60,648 bases of DNA from an uncultured Clostridia bacterium (GTDB lineage: Bacteria > Bacillota > Clostridia > TANB77 > CAG-508). Positions within the stretch are counted from its first letter, which is position 1. Each line of letters begins with the position of its first letter. The notes below the pieces were generated by a model. It saw only the letters and a list, made by a program, of their open reading frames with translations. It was not told the origin of the DNA and did not search any database. A program made the translations under genes and the position numbers. The DNA lies in contig CAKPKG010000004.1 of NCBI GenBank assembly GCA_934167165.1, positions 1 through 60,648 of the forward strand. Reading direction: 5' to 3'. Below are positions 40,879 to 50,325 of this stretch, piece after piece.

Positions 40879-41308
40879 CATTCTCACCACCTTGTTTAGT
40901 TTCTCTGGTTAAGAATTTTGTTTTTACAGGTAATTTGTGTGCTGCAAGTCTTAAAGCTTCTCTTGCAACTTCTTCAGATACACCTGCTAATTCAAATAAT
41001 ACTCTACCAGGTTTTACAACAGCTACCCAATATTCTGTAGCACCTTTTCCTTTACCCATACGAGTATCGGCTGGTTTTTTGCTTATTGGTTTGTTTGGGA
41101 ATATTTTAATCCAAACTTTACCACCTCTTTTAATATAACGAGTCATAGCAATTCTGGCTGCTTCTATTTGGTTTGCTGTAATTAATCCTGATTCTAATGC
41201 TTGTAATCCGTACTCTCCTTCGTTTACAACATTTCCTCTTGTTGCTTTTCCTCTATTTCTACCTTTTTGCATTTTTCTATATTTTGTTCTTTTTGGCATT
41301 ACTGGCAT
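40865..41308 (-). CDS. rplP: 50S ribosomal protein L16
   Basis: [14 protein letters not shown] motif. Confidence 0.92.
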   Translation of the reverse strand: MPVMPKRTKYRKMQKGRNRGKATRGNVVNEGEYGLQALESGLITANQIEAARIAMTRYIKRGGKVWIKIFPNKPISKKPADTRMGKGKGATEYWVAVVKPGRVLFELAGVSEEVAREALRLAAHKLPVKTKFLTRETKQGGENDEDK

Positions 41309-41970
41309 TATTGTTCCCCTCCTTCTTTTGCTACTTTTTTAGTTGGAAGGACTTCTCCTTTATATATCCAAACTTTTACACCTATTTTTCCATAAGTTGT
41401 ATCTGCTTCGTGGAATCCATAATCAATATCAGCTCTTAATGTTTGTAGTGGAATTGTTCCTTCTTTGTAGAATTCTGTTCTTGCCATATCAGCTCCACCT
41501 AATCTTCCAGATACTGCTGTTTTTATTCCAAGAGCTCCTGATTTCATTGCTTTTTGCATGCATTGTTTCATAGCTCTTCTAAAAGATATTCTTCTTTCTA
41601 GTTGGTTTGCAATATTTTCTGCAACTAATTGTGCATCTGTATCAATATTTTTTACTTCAACTATATTTAAGTTAACATCTTTGTTTATCATTTTTACTAA
41701 TTCATTTTTTAATGTTTCTGCATAGTTTCCACCTTTACCTATTACTAGACCAGGTTTTGCAGTATAAACATTTACTTTTACAAATTTTGGTGTTCTTTCT
41801 ATTTCTATTTTAGAAATTCCACTTACGAATAATTTTTTCTTAACATATTCACGTATTTTATGATCTTCTACTAAATAGTCGCTAAAATTTTTAGAATCCG
41901 CATACCATTTAGAACTCCAATCTTTTATAACACCTACTCTTAATCCATGTGGATGCATTTTTTGTCCCAT
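41308..41970 (-). CDS. rpsC: 30S ribosomal protein S3
   Basis: [13 protein letters not shown] start and a KH domain. Confidence 0.92.
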   Translation of the reverse strand: MGQKMHPHGLRVGVIKDWSSKWYADSKNFSDYLVEDHKIREYVKKKLFVSGISKIEIERTPKFVKVNVYTAKPGLVIGKGGNYAETLKNELVKMINKDVNLNIVEVKNIDTDAQLVAENIANQLERRISFRRAMKQCMQKAMKSGALGIKTAVSGRLGGADMARTEFYKEGTIPLQTLRADIDYGFHEADTTYGKIGVKVWIYKGEVLPTKKVAKEGGEQ

Positions 41971-41971
41971 G

Positions 41972-42340
41972 TTAATTTTCCTCCTTTACCACAATTGTTA
42001 TATGGCATGTTCTTTTTCTAATTCTTACTGCTGATCCCTTTGCTGCTGGTCTAATTCTTTTTAATGTTGGTCCTTGGTTTGCATAAATTTCGCTAACTAT
42101 TAGATTTCCTCTATTCATACCATGATTGTTTTCAGCATTTGCTATTGCTGATTTTAATAATTTTTCTAATATTTCTGATGATGCTTTTGGTGTAAATTTT
42201 ACTATTGCTAATGCTTCATCAACTTTTTTACCTCTTATTAAGTCTGCAACTATTTTTACTTTTCTACTTGATATTCTAGCATATCTTAATGTTGCTTTTG
42301 CTTCTAATGTTGCAGTTTGAACATTCTCTTGCTCTGGCAT
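41972..42340 (-). CDS. rplV: 50S ribosomal protein L22
   Basis: [18 protein letters not shown] motif. Confidence 0.9.
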   Translation of the reverse strand: MPEQENVQTATLEAKATLRYARISSRKVKIVADLIRGKKVDEALAIVKFTPKASSEILEKLLKSAIANAENNHGMNRGNLIVSEIYANQGPTLKRIRPAAKGSAVRIRKRTCHITIVVKEEN

Positions 42341-42355
42341 TTTTTCTTTCCTCCT

Positions 42356-42628
42356 TTATTTTAAGTTAGTTTTTTTGTCTCCTGAATGACCTTTGAAAGT
42401 TCTTGTTGGAGCAAATTCTCCTAATTTATGTCCTATCATTTCTTCTGAAATATAAATTGGAACATGTTTTCTTCCGTCATGAACAGCTATTGTATGTCCA
42501 ACCATTTGTGGATATATTGTAGATGCTCTTGACCAAGTTTTTAGAACAGCTTTATCGCCAGTTTCATTCATTTTTTCTATTCTTTTTAATAATTTTTCTT
42601 GTATAAAAGGTCTTTTATTTCTAGCCAT
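42356..42628 (-). CDS. rpsS: 30S ribosomal protein S19
   Basis: [18 protein letters not shown] motif. Confidence 0.92.
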   Translation of the reverse strand: MARNKRPFIQEKLLKRIEKMNETGDKAVLKTWSRASTIYPQMVGHTIAVHDGRKHVPIYISEEMIGHKLGEFAPTRTFKGHSGDKKTNLK

Positions 42629-42633
42629 TATTC

Positions 42634-43461
42634 CTATTTCCTCCTTTTAACTATAAATTTATCTGATTTTTTATTTTTTTGTCTTGTCTTATATCCTAGT
42701 GCTGGTTTACCCCAAGGAGTAAGTGGACCTGCGTGTCCTACTGGTGCTTTACCTTCACCACCACCATGAGGGTGATCTACTGGGTTCATAACTGAACCTC
42801 TAACTGTTGGTCTTATTCCCATATGTCTTTTTCTTCCTGCTTTACCAAGTTTTATGTTTCCATGATCTGTATTGCCAATTGTTCCTATTGTTGCTCTACA
42901 TCTTGCTAATACTAATCTCATTTCTCCTGATGGAAGTCTTACGTGAGCATATTTTCCTTCTTTTGCCATAAGTTGTGCTTCTCCACCAGCTGTTCTTACT
43001 AATTTTCCGCCTTGACCTGGATTTAATTCTATATTATGAATTAATGTACCTACTGGTATATTTTCTATTGGAAGACAATTTCCAATTCTTATATCAGATT
43101 TAGCACCAGAAATTACTGTGTCTCCATCTTTTAATCCTAAAGGTGCTAATATATAGTTTAAAGTTCCATCTTCATATTTTATTAAAGCGATGTTACTTGT
43201 ACGGTTTGGATCATATTCTATACCAATTACTGTTGCTGGCATATCATCCTTTTTACGTTTAAAATCAATTATTCTGTATTTTTGTCTGTTTCCACCACCT
43301 TGATGTCTAACTGTTATTCTACCATATGAATTTCTTCCTGCATTCTTTTTCTTTTTAGCAAGTAAAGATTTCTCTGGTGTCTTTTTTGTTATTTCTTCGA
43401 AAGTTGACATTGTCATATTTCTTCTTGATGGTGTGTATGGTCTGTATGTTTTTATTCCCAT
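42634..43461 (-). CDS. rplB: 50S ribosomal protein L2
   Basis: [15 protein letters not shown] motif. Confidence 0.93.
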   Translation of the reverse strand: MGIKTYRPYTPSRRNMTMSTFEEITKKTPEKSLLAKKKKNAGRNSYGRITVRHQGGGNRQKYRIIDFKRKKDDMPATVIGIEYDPNRTSNIALIKYEDGTLNYILAPLGLKDGDTVISGAKSDIRIGNCLPIENIPVGTLIHNIELNPGQGGKLVRTAGGEAQLMAKEGKYAHVRLPSGEMRLVLARCRATIGTIGNTDHGNIKLGKAGRKRHMGIRPTVRGSVMNPVDHPHGGGEGKAPVGHAGPLTPWGKPALGYKTRQKNKKSDKFIVKRRK

Positions 43462-43475
43462 TTCTTTTCACTATC

Positions 43476-43595
43476 GGAGCTTTGAAAAACTTCGTCCTGC
43501 GTTGTCAGATTTCGTAAATATTTTTTCAACATACTTGTGTATAGTTTCAAAAATATTTTCTCATCTTCCTAGCATTACTTGTTTTTGAAATCTCC
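43476..43595. repeat. TIR-bounded palindromic element (family 2), copy b
   Basis: Termini GGAGCTTTGAAAAAC ... GTTTTTGAAATCTCC. Interior aligns with copies a and c. Lies inside the 262-nt rplW-rplB spacer. Confidence 0.7.
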
Positions 43596-43723
43596 TCTCC
43601 TTTCTCTTACTGTTATATTTGTGGAATTTTTCCTGCTCCACATAGCAGATATTTATTTATTATCCCAGTTTTTTCTGGATATTTGTGAGCTAATAATTTT
43701 AGATTTTAGCTAAGCAAAAACTT

Positions 43724-44071
43724 TTATGCTCCCATGAATTCGTCTATTGAATCCTTATATTTTTTGTCTGTTTTAACTTCTTTTCCACCTTTTGTTAGGT
43801 AAGATTTTTCTGTTGGATTTGTGTCTATTGCAACTATTGCTTTTTTCCAGTCTGGTCTTCTTCCTGTATTTGCTCCAACTCTTTTTTCTTTTCCTTTAAC
43901 TGTAATTGTATTTACATTTAATACTTTTACATTAAATAATTTCTCAACAGCTTGTGCTATTTGAACTTTTGTAGCTTTTTTTGCTACTTTGAATGTATAC
44001 TTTCCTTCTTGTAATCCTGTGCTGCTTTTTTCTGTAACTATTGGTTTTATAATTATATCTTCTGCGTTCAT
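43724..44071 (-). CDS. rplW: 50S ribosomal protein L23 (C-terminal extension of about 20 aa)
   Basis: IIKPIVTEKS motif. The ATG at 44071 sits just after the rplD stop. Confidence 0.88.
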   Translation of the reverse strand: MNAEDIIIKPIVTEKSSTGLQEGKYTFKVAKKATKVQIAQAVEKLFNVKVLNVNTITVKGKEKRVGANTGRRPDWKKAIVAIDTNPTEKSYLTKGGKEVKTDKKYKDSIDEFMGA

Positions 44072-44072
44072 G

Positions 44073-44696
44073 TTAAGCATACACCTCCTCTAAGTTTTTA
44101 ACTGCATCTACTGTAAGAATTAGTTTGTTGTATTTTAATAAATCATAAACATTTATTGTGTTTACTAAACTTGTTTTTACACCTTCAATGTTTCTTGCTG
44201 ATTTTTGAACATTTTCATTTTTTTCTGGTAAAACGATTAATGTTTTTCCTTCAACTTTTAAGTTGCTTAATGCTGATACCATGTTTTTTGTTTTTATTGC
44301 ATCAAAGTTCATTGCATCTACAACTACTAAATTGTTTTCTAATACTTTAGAACTTAATACAGATCTTATAGCTAATCTTCTTTCTTTTTTGTTTAATCTG
44401 TAGCTGTAATCTCTTGGTTTTGGTCCTAATGCTATACCACCTTTAAACCATTGTGGTGCTCTTATACTTCCTTGTCTTGCTCTACCTGTTCCTTTTTGTT
44501 TCCAAGGTTTTCTTCCACCACCAGCTACTTCTGCTCTAGTTTTTGTATTTGAAGTTCCTTGTCTTTGGTTAGCCAAGTAATTAACTAATACACTGTGTAC
44601 TATTTTTTCGTTTGGTTCAATACCAAAAACGCTATCTGCTAATTCTATATTGCTAACTTTTTTACCTTCTATATTGTATACATCTATTTTAGGCAT
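44073..44696 (-). CDS. rplD: 50S ribosomal protein L4
   Basis: GGGRKPWKQKGTGRARQGS motif. Confidence 0.92.
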   Translation of the reverse strand: MPKIDVYNIEGKKVSNIELADSVFGIEPNEKIVHSVLVNYLANQRQGTSNTKTRAEVAGGGRKPWKQKGTGRARQGSIRAPQWFKGGIALGPKPRDYSYRLNKKERRLAIRSVLSSKVLENNLVVVDAMNFDAIKTKNMVSALSNLKVEGKTLIVLPEKNENVQKSARNIEGVKTSLVNTINVYDLLKYNKLILTVDAVKNLEEVYA

Positions 44697-44714
44697 TTTT
44701 CTCTATCTCCTCTC

Positions 44715-45344
44715 TTATTTGCTTTTTACTGAATTTCTTATTTTTAATATTGCTCCTTTATTTCCTGGAACACTACCTTTTACTAAAATAACATTTTTAT
44801 CTAAATCTACTCTTACAACTTCTAGATTTTGTATTGTAACTGTTTCCATTCCCATATGTCCTGGTAAGTTTTTACCTTTAAATACTCTACCTGGTGTTGA
44901 AGTAGATCCCATTGAACCTGGTCTTCTGTGATACATAGAACCATGTCCCATAGGTCCTCTAGATTGTCCATGACGTTTTATAACACCTTGGAATCCTTTA
45001 CCTTTGCTTGTTCCTGTTATATCTACGCTATCTCCAGCTGCAAATATATCAGCTTTTATTTCATCACCTACATTATAAGAAATTTCATCTAATCTGAATT
45101 CTCTTAAATGTTTTTTAGGTGTTAAACTTGCTTTTTTAAATTCACCTTTTTTTGGTTTTGTTAATTTACTTTCTTTAACTTCTCCAAAACCTAATTTTAC
45201 TGCTTGATAACCATCATTATCAACTGTTTTTATTTGGACAACTGTACATGGTCCAACTTCGATTGCTGTAACTGGAATTACTTTTCCTTTTTCATCAAAG
45301 ATTTGTGTCATTCCAATTTTCTTTCCTAGTATTGCTTTTTTCAT
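44715..45344 (-). CDS. rplC: 50S ribosomal protein L3
   Basis: [14 protein letters not shown] and [13 protein letters not shown] motifs. Confidence 0.92.
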   Translation of the reverse strand: MKKAILGKKIGMTQIFDEKGKVIPVTAIEVGPCTVVQIKTVDNDGYQAVKLGFGEVKESKLTKPKKGEFKKASLTPKKHLREFRLDEISYNVGDEIKADIFAAGDSVDITGTSKGKGFQGVIKRHGQSRGPMGHGSMYHRRPGSMGSTSTPGRVFKGKNLPGHMGMETVTIQNLEVVRVDLDKNVILVKGSVPGNKGAILKIRNSVKSK

Positions 45345-45382
45345 TGTTTCTTTCCTCCTTAACTATTGGCTAATTCTGAAAG

Positions 45383-45492
45383 CGCTAAAAACCTTCGCAT
45401 TACTTTGTCAAATTTCATAAAACTTTTTTCGATGTACTTATGTACTATCTCAAAAATTTTTATTCATTTTCCTCGTCCTGCTTGCTTTTGAC
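45383..45492. repeat. TIR-bounded palindromic element (family 2), degenerate copy c
   Basis: GCTAAAAACCTTCGCATTACTTTGTCAAATTTCATAAAACTTTTTTCGATGTACTTATGTACTATCTCAAAAATTTTT...GCTTTTGAC aligns with copies a and b. Lies inside the 221-nt rpsJ-rplC spacer. Confidence 0.55.
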
Positions 45493-45565
45493 CGTTTTCT
45501 ATTTTTTTACTTATTAGCTTGGTTGTTGTATTGCATTATTTGCAATTTTTATACTTTACTATAAA

Positions 45566-46021
45566 TTAAAGTTTCATTTCTACATCTACACCTGCTGGCA
45601 AGTCTAATTTCATTAGGCTATCAACTGTTGTTTGTGTTGGGTATAAGATGTCTATTACTCTCTTGTGTGTTCTCATTTCAAATTGTTCTCTTGAATCTTT
45701 GTGTTTGTGTGGAGAACGTAATATTGTTACTATTTCTTTTTTTGTTGGTAGTGGAATAGGACCTGAAACTTTTGCTCCTGTTCTTTTAGCAGTATCTACT
45801 ATCTTTTCAGCAGACTGATCTAAAATAACATTGTCATAAGCTTTTAATCTTATTCTGATTCTTTCACTTTGAACTGTTGTTTTAGTAACTTTTTCTGTTT
45901 TTGTTGTTTTTGCAGTTTTTGTTGCTGCACCCTTTGTTGTTTTGCTTGTTGCTTTTTTTGTTGTAGCTTTTGCTACTTTTTCAGTTTTGTTTGTTGCTTC
46001 TGCATTTTCTGCTTTTGCCAT
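45566..46021 (-). CDS. rpsJ: 30S ribosomal protein S10 with a K/T/A-rich N-terminal extension of about 49 aa
   Basis: ATG at 46021 follows AAAGGAGGGA. Canonical S10 begins at [11 protein letters not shown], preceded by [52 protein letters not shown]. Confidence 0.88.
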   Translation of the reverse strand: MAKAENAEATNKTEKVAKATTKKATSKTTKGAATKTAKTTKTEKVTKTTVQSERIRIRLKAYDNVILDQSAEKIVDTAKRTGAKVSGPIPLPTKKEIVTILRSPHKHKDSREQFEMRTHKRVIDILYPTQTTVDSLMKLDLPAGVDVEMKL

Positions 46022-46286
46022 TGTTAAATTCCCTCCTTTAAATTTGTAGTGACACATTTGTATGTATTCACTTAATTGCCTTAGGAAAGTTCTTAACGCA
46101 CCCTAGTGTTTCTTTTATCAACATTTAAAAATCCCAAGTTTACGCAAGATGTGTACTTAGGACAAGTGTGCTTATTTAAAACTTATCCGCCCGGTCTTAG
46201 CCAAGACATACTCCACGAAAGTTCCCTCCATTTCCTTTTTATATAGGAATGTAGCCACATTTCGCTTCATCGCAAATCTACACGCA
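46022..46286 (-). promoter_or_regulatory. long (about 265 nt), comparatively GC-rich 5' leader of the S10 operon, unclassified
   Basis: Lies between the promoter at 46293-46322 and the rpsJ ATG. Contains local hairpins such as GTCTTGGCTAAGAC. No match to a riboswitch or leader class I can recognise. Confidence 0.4.
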
Positions 46287-46292
46287 AATAAT

Positions 46293-46322
46293 ATTATACA
46301 ACAAGTTTGTATTGTGTGTCAA
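46293..46322 (-). promoter_or_regulatory. sigma-A type promoter of the S10 operon
   Basis: Minus sense TTGACA (46317-46322), 18 nt spacer, TATAAT (46293-46298). Confidence 0.6.
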
Positions 46323-46416
46323 GCATTTTTTCTTTTATTTTTACTATGAAATTTCATCTTTTTTTGCCCCAAAAGAGAAAGGCTAGCTTTTTAGTTAGCC
46401 TTTCATATTTGTAGTT

Positions 46417-47940
46417 CTATTTTCTTATTCTTGCAAAGAAGGTATTTAATAATTTACTTGTTTTTGTGCATTTTACTTTGAATGTTGTTGATACTACTTT
46501 TGATTCTTCTTCTTTTGATGCTCCTTCTATTTCTTGATATCCGTATCTTCCTTTTTCATTTATATAGTATTTACTTGCTTTATAATTATCATTGTAATAA
46601 GATTTAACCATAAATTCTTTTGTTTCTCCAGCTTTGAAATCTTTAATCTTTAATTTTAATTCGTTTGTTACTTTTTCATCTGGATTATAACTTGGATCAT
46701 TTCTATCTGTTGTACTAGTTTTAATTAGTTTCCATTCCCCATTTACTTTTTCATACCATTCGTATTTTTTTGCACTTGCATATGCTGTTACTGCTCTTAA
46801 TGTTTTGTCTGTGTTCATTGCGAATGATTCTTTATACATTTTTTTGTTCATTCCATCGAAGAAATTTGCTATAAATGCATTTTTATCCGTTACTTTTACA
46901 GCTGGTTTATTTACAGATTTATCTACATCTATAGTTGCAAATGCATCTGCTTCATGTGTTAAATTTATATATGCTGCTATATTTCCTACTTTATAGAATT
47001 TTTGTGCATTTGATAAATCTGTTTTACATGCATTCATAAATGTGTCTGCTTCTGCAATTTTTAATATTCTACTTCCAAATGATTTTAATGCTATATAATT
47101 TTTTCTATGATATGCTATTGAGTCTATTGATGGTGTTACTTCTCTCATTTCACCATAATGTACTCCAAGTGAACTTACTAAATCTCCATATGTATAATAC
47201 TCTATTAATCTTCCATCTTCTCCAATTGCTTTTAATGTTTCTATTGTATCTTTTTTATTTCCGTAATTAAACATGTTTCCAAATGCGGTAAAGAAATTTA
47301 TTCCCATGCCATTAAAATCTACTATTCTTGCTAGTTTTAAGTTTTTGTATTTTTGATTTGAATTAATTGTATCCTCTATATATGCACCACCAATTTGTGC
47401 TAAATATCCACCTAATGAATGTCCTGTTATATAAAAATTATAATTTCCATCTTTTTTAGCATATTGATCTAATGTATCTTGAATATATTCTTTTAGATAT
47501 TTTTCTTGCCTTGCTGCATTTGTTATTCCATATCTAATATCATCAAGTGCATCTGTAGGTGAATTTGATCCTCTTATAACTATAATTACATCATTATCTC
47601 TTTTTAATTTAAATGTAGTTAAACCATTTTTTCTTATTCCTTGTAAACAACTATAGTCTTCTACTTTCCAATCGTCAACTTCTTCTAATGTTGCATAATC
47701 ATGAAGATTAAATTTACCATTTACATAGTTTACAATTTTACTTACTGATTTTAAACCTATTCCATGCAAACATTGTGACATTGTTTTGCCATTTGTTAGT
47801 GGAACATATGACATAGCTGAAGCTACTGCCATTTCTCTATCTGTTACTTCCTCTTTTTCTGTTGCTTTTACTGTTGAGAAATTAAAAATTAATGCCAAGC
47901 ATAATATCAATCCTACTATATAATATTTTCTTTTCATCAT
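46417..47940 (-). CDS. secreted class-3 lipase / alpha-beta hydrolase with a C-terminal extra domain
   Basis: Signal peptide MMKRKYYIVGLILCLALIFNFSTVKA. Nucleophile elbow GHSLGG. ATG at 47940 follows AAGGGGAG. Confidence 0.7.
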   Translation of the reverse strand: MMKRKYYIVGLILCLALIFNFSTVKATEKEEVTDREMAVASAMSYVPLTNGKTMSQCLHGIGLKSVSKIVNYVNGKFNLHDYATLEEVDDWKVEDYSCLQGIRKNGLTTFKLKRDNDVIIVIRGSNSPTDALDDIRYGITNAARQEKYLKEYIQDTLDQYAKKDGNYNFYITGHSLGGYLAQIGGAYIEDTINSNQKYKNLKLARIVDFNGMGINFFTAFGNMFNYGNKKDTIETLKAIGEDGRLIEYYTYGDLVSSLGVHYGEMREVTPSIDSIAYHRKNYIALKSFGSRILKIAEADTFMNACKTDLSNAQKFYKVGNIAAYINLTHEADAFATIDVDKSVNKPAVKVTDKNAFIANFFDGMNKKMYKESFAMNTDKTLRAVTAYASAKKYEWYEKVNGEWKLIKTSTTDRNDPSYNPDEKVTNELKLKIKDFKAGETKEFMVKSYYNDNYKASKYYINEKGRYGYQEIEGASKEEESKVVSTTFKVKCTKTSKLLNTFFARIRK

Positions 47941-48055
47941 AATTATCTCCCCTTTCATTTGTGAATCCGTTTCATTTTAAGAATATTAAATTCTATACAT
48001 AATATTATTATAACACATTATGTAAAATTATGCAAATTTTGAATAATATGGGCAA

Positions 48056-48105
48056 TAAAAAAACTAATAGGTTTACTGATTTTAGTAAACCTATTAGTTT
48101 TTTTA
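48056..48105. terminator. bidirectional rho-independent terminator
   Basis: 15-bp stem ACTAATAGGTTTACT / AGTAAACCTATTAGT flanked by A and T runs. Confidence 0.75.
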
Positions 48106-48113
48106 TTAATATT

Positions 48114-48428
48114 TTAGTCTTCATCTATAAAATTAAATTCATCTTTGAATTTTTCTTTAAATATTTCAAAAACTTTATTTAGTACCTCTTGATCATCAAC
48201 ACTTACATAAGATTCTTCATCTTCTGAATCTGTGTCTTCTACTTTTAGTATTACTACTTCTCCGTCTTCGTCATCTTCTTCTGTTGGTAATAATACTATA
48301 TATTCTTCTCCATCCAATTCTATTAAATCTAAAAATTCAAATTTAACTTCATTTCCGTCTTCATCATTTAAAACTATAATATTATCTAATTCTTCGTCTA
48401 ATCCTTCAAAATCATTTTCAAAATCCAT
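48114..48428 (-). CDS. DUF1292-family acidic protein
   Basis: DEDGNEVKFEFLDLIELDGEEYIVLLP motif. Conserved ireB-ruvX-DUF1292 neighbourhood. Confidence 0.75.
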   Translation of the reverse strand: MDFENDFEGLDEELDNIIVLNDEDGNEVKFEFLDLIELDGEEYIVLLPTEEDDEDGEVVILKVEDTDSEDEESYVSVDDQEVLNKVFEIFKEKFKDEFNFIDED

Positions 48429-48518
48429 TATTCTTTTGTCTCCTTTCAAATTTATATTTATGTTTTAATATTAACGTCATATTGTTTTATACCATATAGT
48501 TAAGTTTTTTTCAATAGT

Positions 48519-48935
48519 TTATTTGATTTTATTTATATATACTTCTAATATATACACTGCTGATATGGTATCTACTATTTGTCTTTTTTTCTTTTTATTG
48601 ATTTCTAAATCATTCATAGTTCTATAAGCTTGAACTGTTGTTAGTCTTTCATCAATTGTTTCTATTTTTATTTTATTGTACTTACATTTTAATTTATGAA
48701 TAAACTTTTTAGTTTTTTCAACTCTTGGTCCTTCTGTTCCATTCATATTTATAGGCATTCCTACAACTATTGTTTCTACGTTATACTGTTCTAAAATTTT
48801 GTCTAACTCTGCTAATAAAATTTTATCGTTACCTTTATGTTCTATAGTTTTTAAACCTTGCGAAGTTATATTCAATTCATCTGTTATAGCAATTCCTGCT
48901 CTCGCTTCTCCATAATCAATTCCAAGTACTCTCAT
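48519..48935 (-). CDS. ruvX: putative pre-16S rRNA nuclease / Holliday junction resolvase-like YqgF
   Basis: MRVLGIDYGEARAGIAITDE start. Confidence 0.88.
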   Translation of the reverse strand: MRVLGIDYGEARAGIAITDELNITSQGLKTIEHKGNDKILLAELDKILEQYNVETIVVGMPINMNGTEGPRVEKTKKFIHKLKCKYNKIKIETIDERLTTVQAYRTMNDLEINKKKKRQIVDTISAVYILEVYINKIK

Positions 48936-48936
48936 A

Positions 48937-49191
48937 TTATTCTTCTAATCCTATATAGTCTTTTACCATTCTTTCTAAAAGCTCATCTCTTTCTATTTGT
49001 CTGATCAAATTTCTTGCATTTTTATAACTTGTTATATATGTTGGATCACCAGATAATATATATCCAACAATTTGATTTACTGGATTGTATCCTTTTTCTG
49101 ATAAAGCTCCATACACCTCTTTTAAGATTTCTTTTGCCTTTATATTGTTGTCTCTTTCTACTTCGAAATTCATTGTTTTGTCGTCTATCAT
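48937..49191 (-). CDS. IreB-family regulatory phosphoprotein (UPF0297)
   Basis: [22 protein letters not shown] motif. ATG at 49191 follows TAGGAGG. Confidence 0.8.
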   Translation of the reverse strand: MIDDKTMNFEVERDNNIKAKEILKEVYGALSEKGYNPVNQIVGYILSGDPTYITSYKNARNLIRQIERDELLERMVKDYIGLEE

Positions 49192-49201
49192 TTTTAACCT
49201 C

Positions 49202-50308
49202 CTATATACAATTAATATTGCTTTCATTTACGTCTGCGTCATCTAAATATTCTTCTAGTTTTTTTGTAACCTCTTCCAAACCTGTACCTTTATAGTATGT
49301 TGCTAAAATAAAGTTTGTTTTTGGATGTACATATATTCTTTTTTTAGTTCTTTTGTTGCTTGATAACTCTTCTTTTTTAATTGAAATTTTTTCAATTTCT
49401 TCCTTTATTGTTTTTATAAATTCTTCTACACCTTCTAAATCTACTCCTGAAAATGCTATTGCAAATTTAGGTCCCATATATCTTACAAAAATGTATTGAG
49501 AAGATATTGATGATTTTACAATATTGCTAATGTCTATAATTGCTTTGGTTCCAGCATCTCTTCCAAATTTTTCGTTTATATCCATTATATTGGTAATATT
49601 AAACATACATATTGTAGATTGGGCATATTTATCTATAACTCTTTTTCCCTTTCCGTATAAATATTCTGCGGAATTTAGTCCTGTAGTCTTATCTACTCTA
49701 TAAATATTTTCTATTGTATTCTGATATGATACAGTCTTTAACACTGATACTATATTTTCTCTAACAACTCCTAAAACATTTGTATCCATATTGTCAAATG
49801 CATGTGGTTCACTGCTTTCAATTATCCAGTATCCTATATATATGTTATCGATGTATAATGGAAAGAACATTGCTGACTTTGCTCTACCCATTTCACTTTT
49901 TTGGTATGCTAGTTTTTCCCCCGCACTATTTATAGTTACGTATTTAGGTGTTGCTGAAGAAATACTATCTTTAAACATTTCTTCTGTATGTAAATTTTTC
50001 AAAGCATCCCAGTGTTTTTCGTCTACATTTGATGCTTTTATAACATATTCAGCCCCATTAAATACTACTATTGTAGAATACCTTATATTAAATTTCTCTA
50101 TTAATATATCATTTATTACTTGCAATTTGTTGTCTACTGGTGTGTCTTTTCCAATTGTATCCATAAAATCTTGTAGAACTTTTAAGTTGCTTAATCTTTC
50201 ATTTATATTTTGAAATTTATTTATTTTTTTGCTTATAGATAAATTGTATATTACCAATGCTATTATAATAATTATTAATACTACTATTGCTAATAAAATA
50301 GGATTCAA
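49202..50308 (-). CDS. membrane-anchored sensor protein with a degenerate GGDEF domain
   Basis: N-terminal TM segment. [13 protein letters not shown] and [13 protein letters not shown] resemble GGDEF-domain motifs, but the GGDEF site reads YMGPKF. Confidence 0.55.
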   Translation of the reverse strand: MNPILLAIVVLIIIIIALVIYNLSISKKINKFQNINERLSNLKVLQDFMDTIGKDTPVDNKLQVINDILIEKFNIRYSTIVVFNGAEYVIKASNVDEKHWDALKNLHTEEMFKDSISSATPKYVTINSAGEKLAYQKSEMGRAKSAMFFPLYIDNIYIGYWIIESSEPHAFDNMDTNVLGVVRENIVSVLKTVSYQNTIENIYRVDKTTGLNSAEYLYGKGKRVIDKYAQSTICMFNITNIMDINEKFGRDAGTKAIIDISNIVKSSISSQYIFVRYMGPKFAIAFSGVDLEGVEEFIKTIKEEIEKISIKKEELSSNKRTKKRIYVHPKTNFILATYYKGTGLEEVTKKLEEYLDDADVNESNINCI

Positions 50309-50325
50309 GTTATCACCTCATAAGT

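Noticed and set aside
46022-46286. The rpsJ leader as a guanidine (ykkC) or other known riboswitch, prompted by an ACTAGGGTGCG segment.
   Set aside because: Only a short chance resemblance. The order and the remaining conserved blocks do not match.
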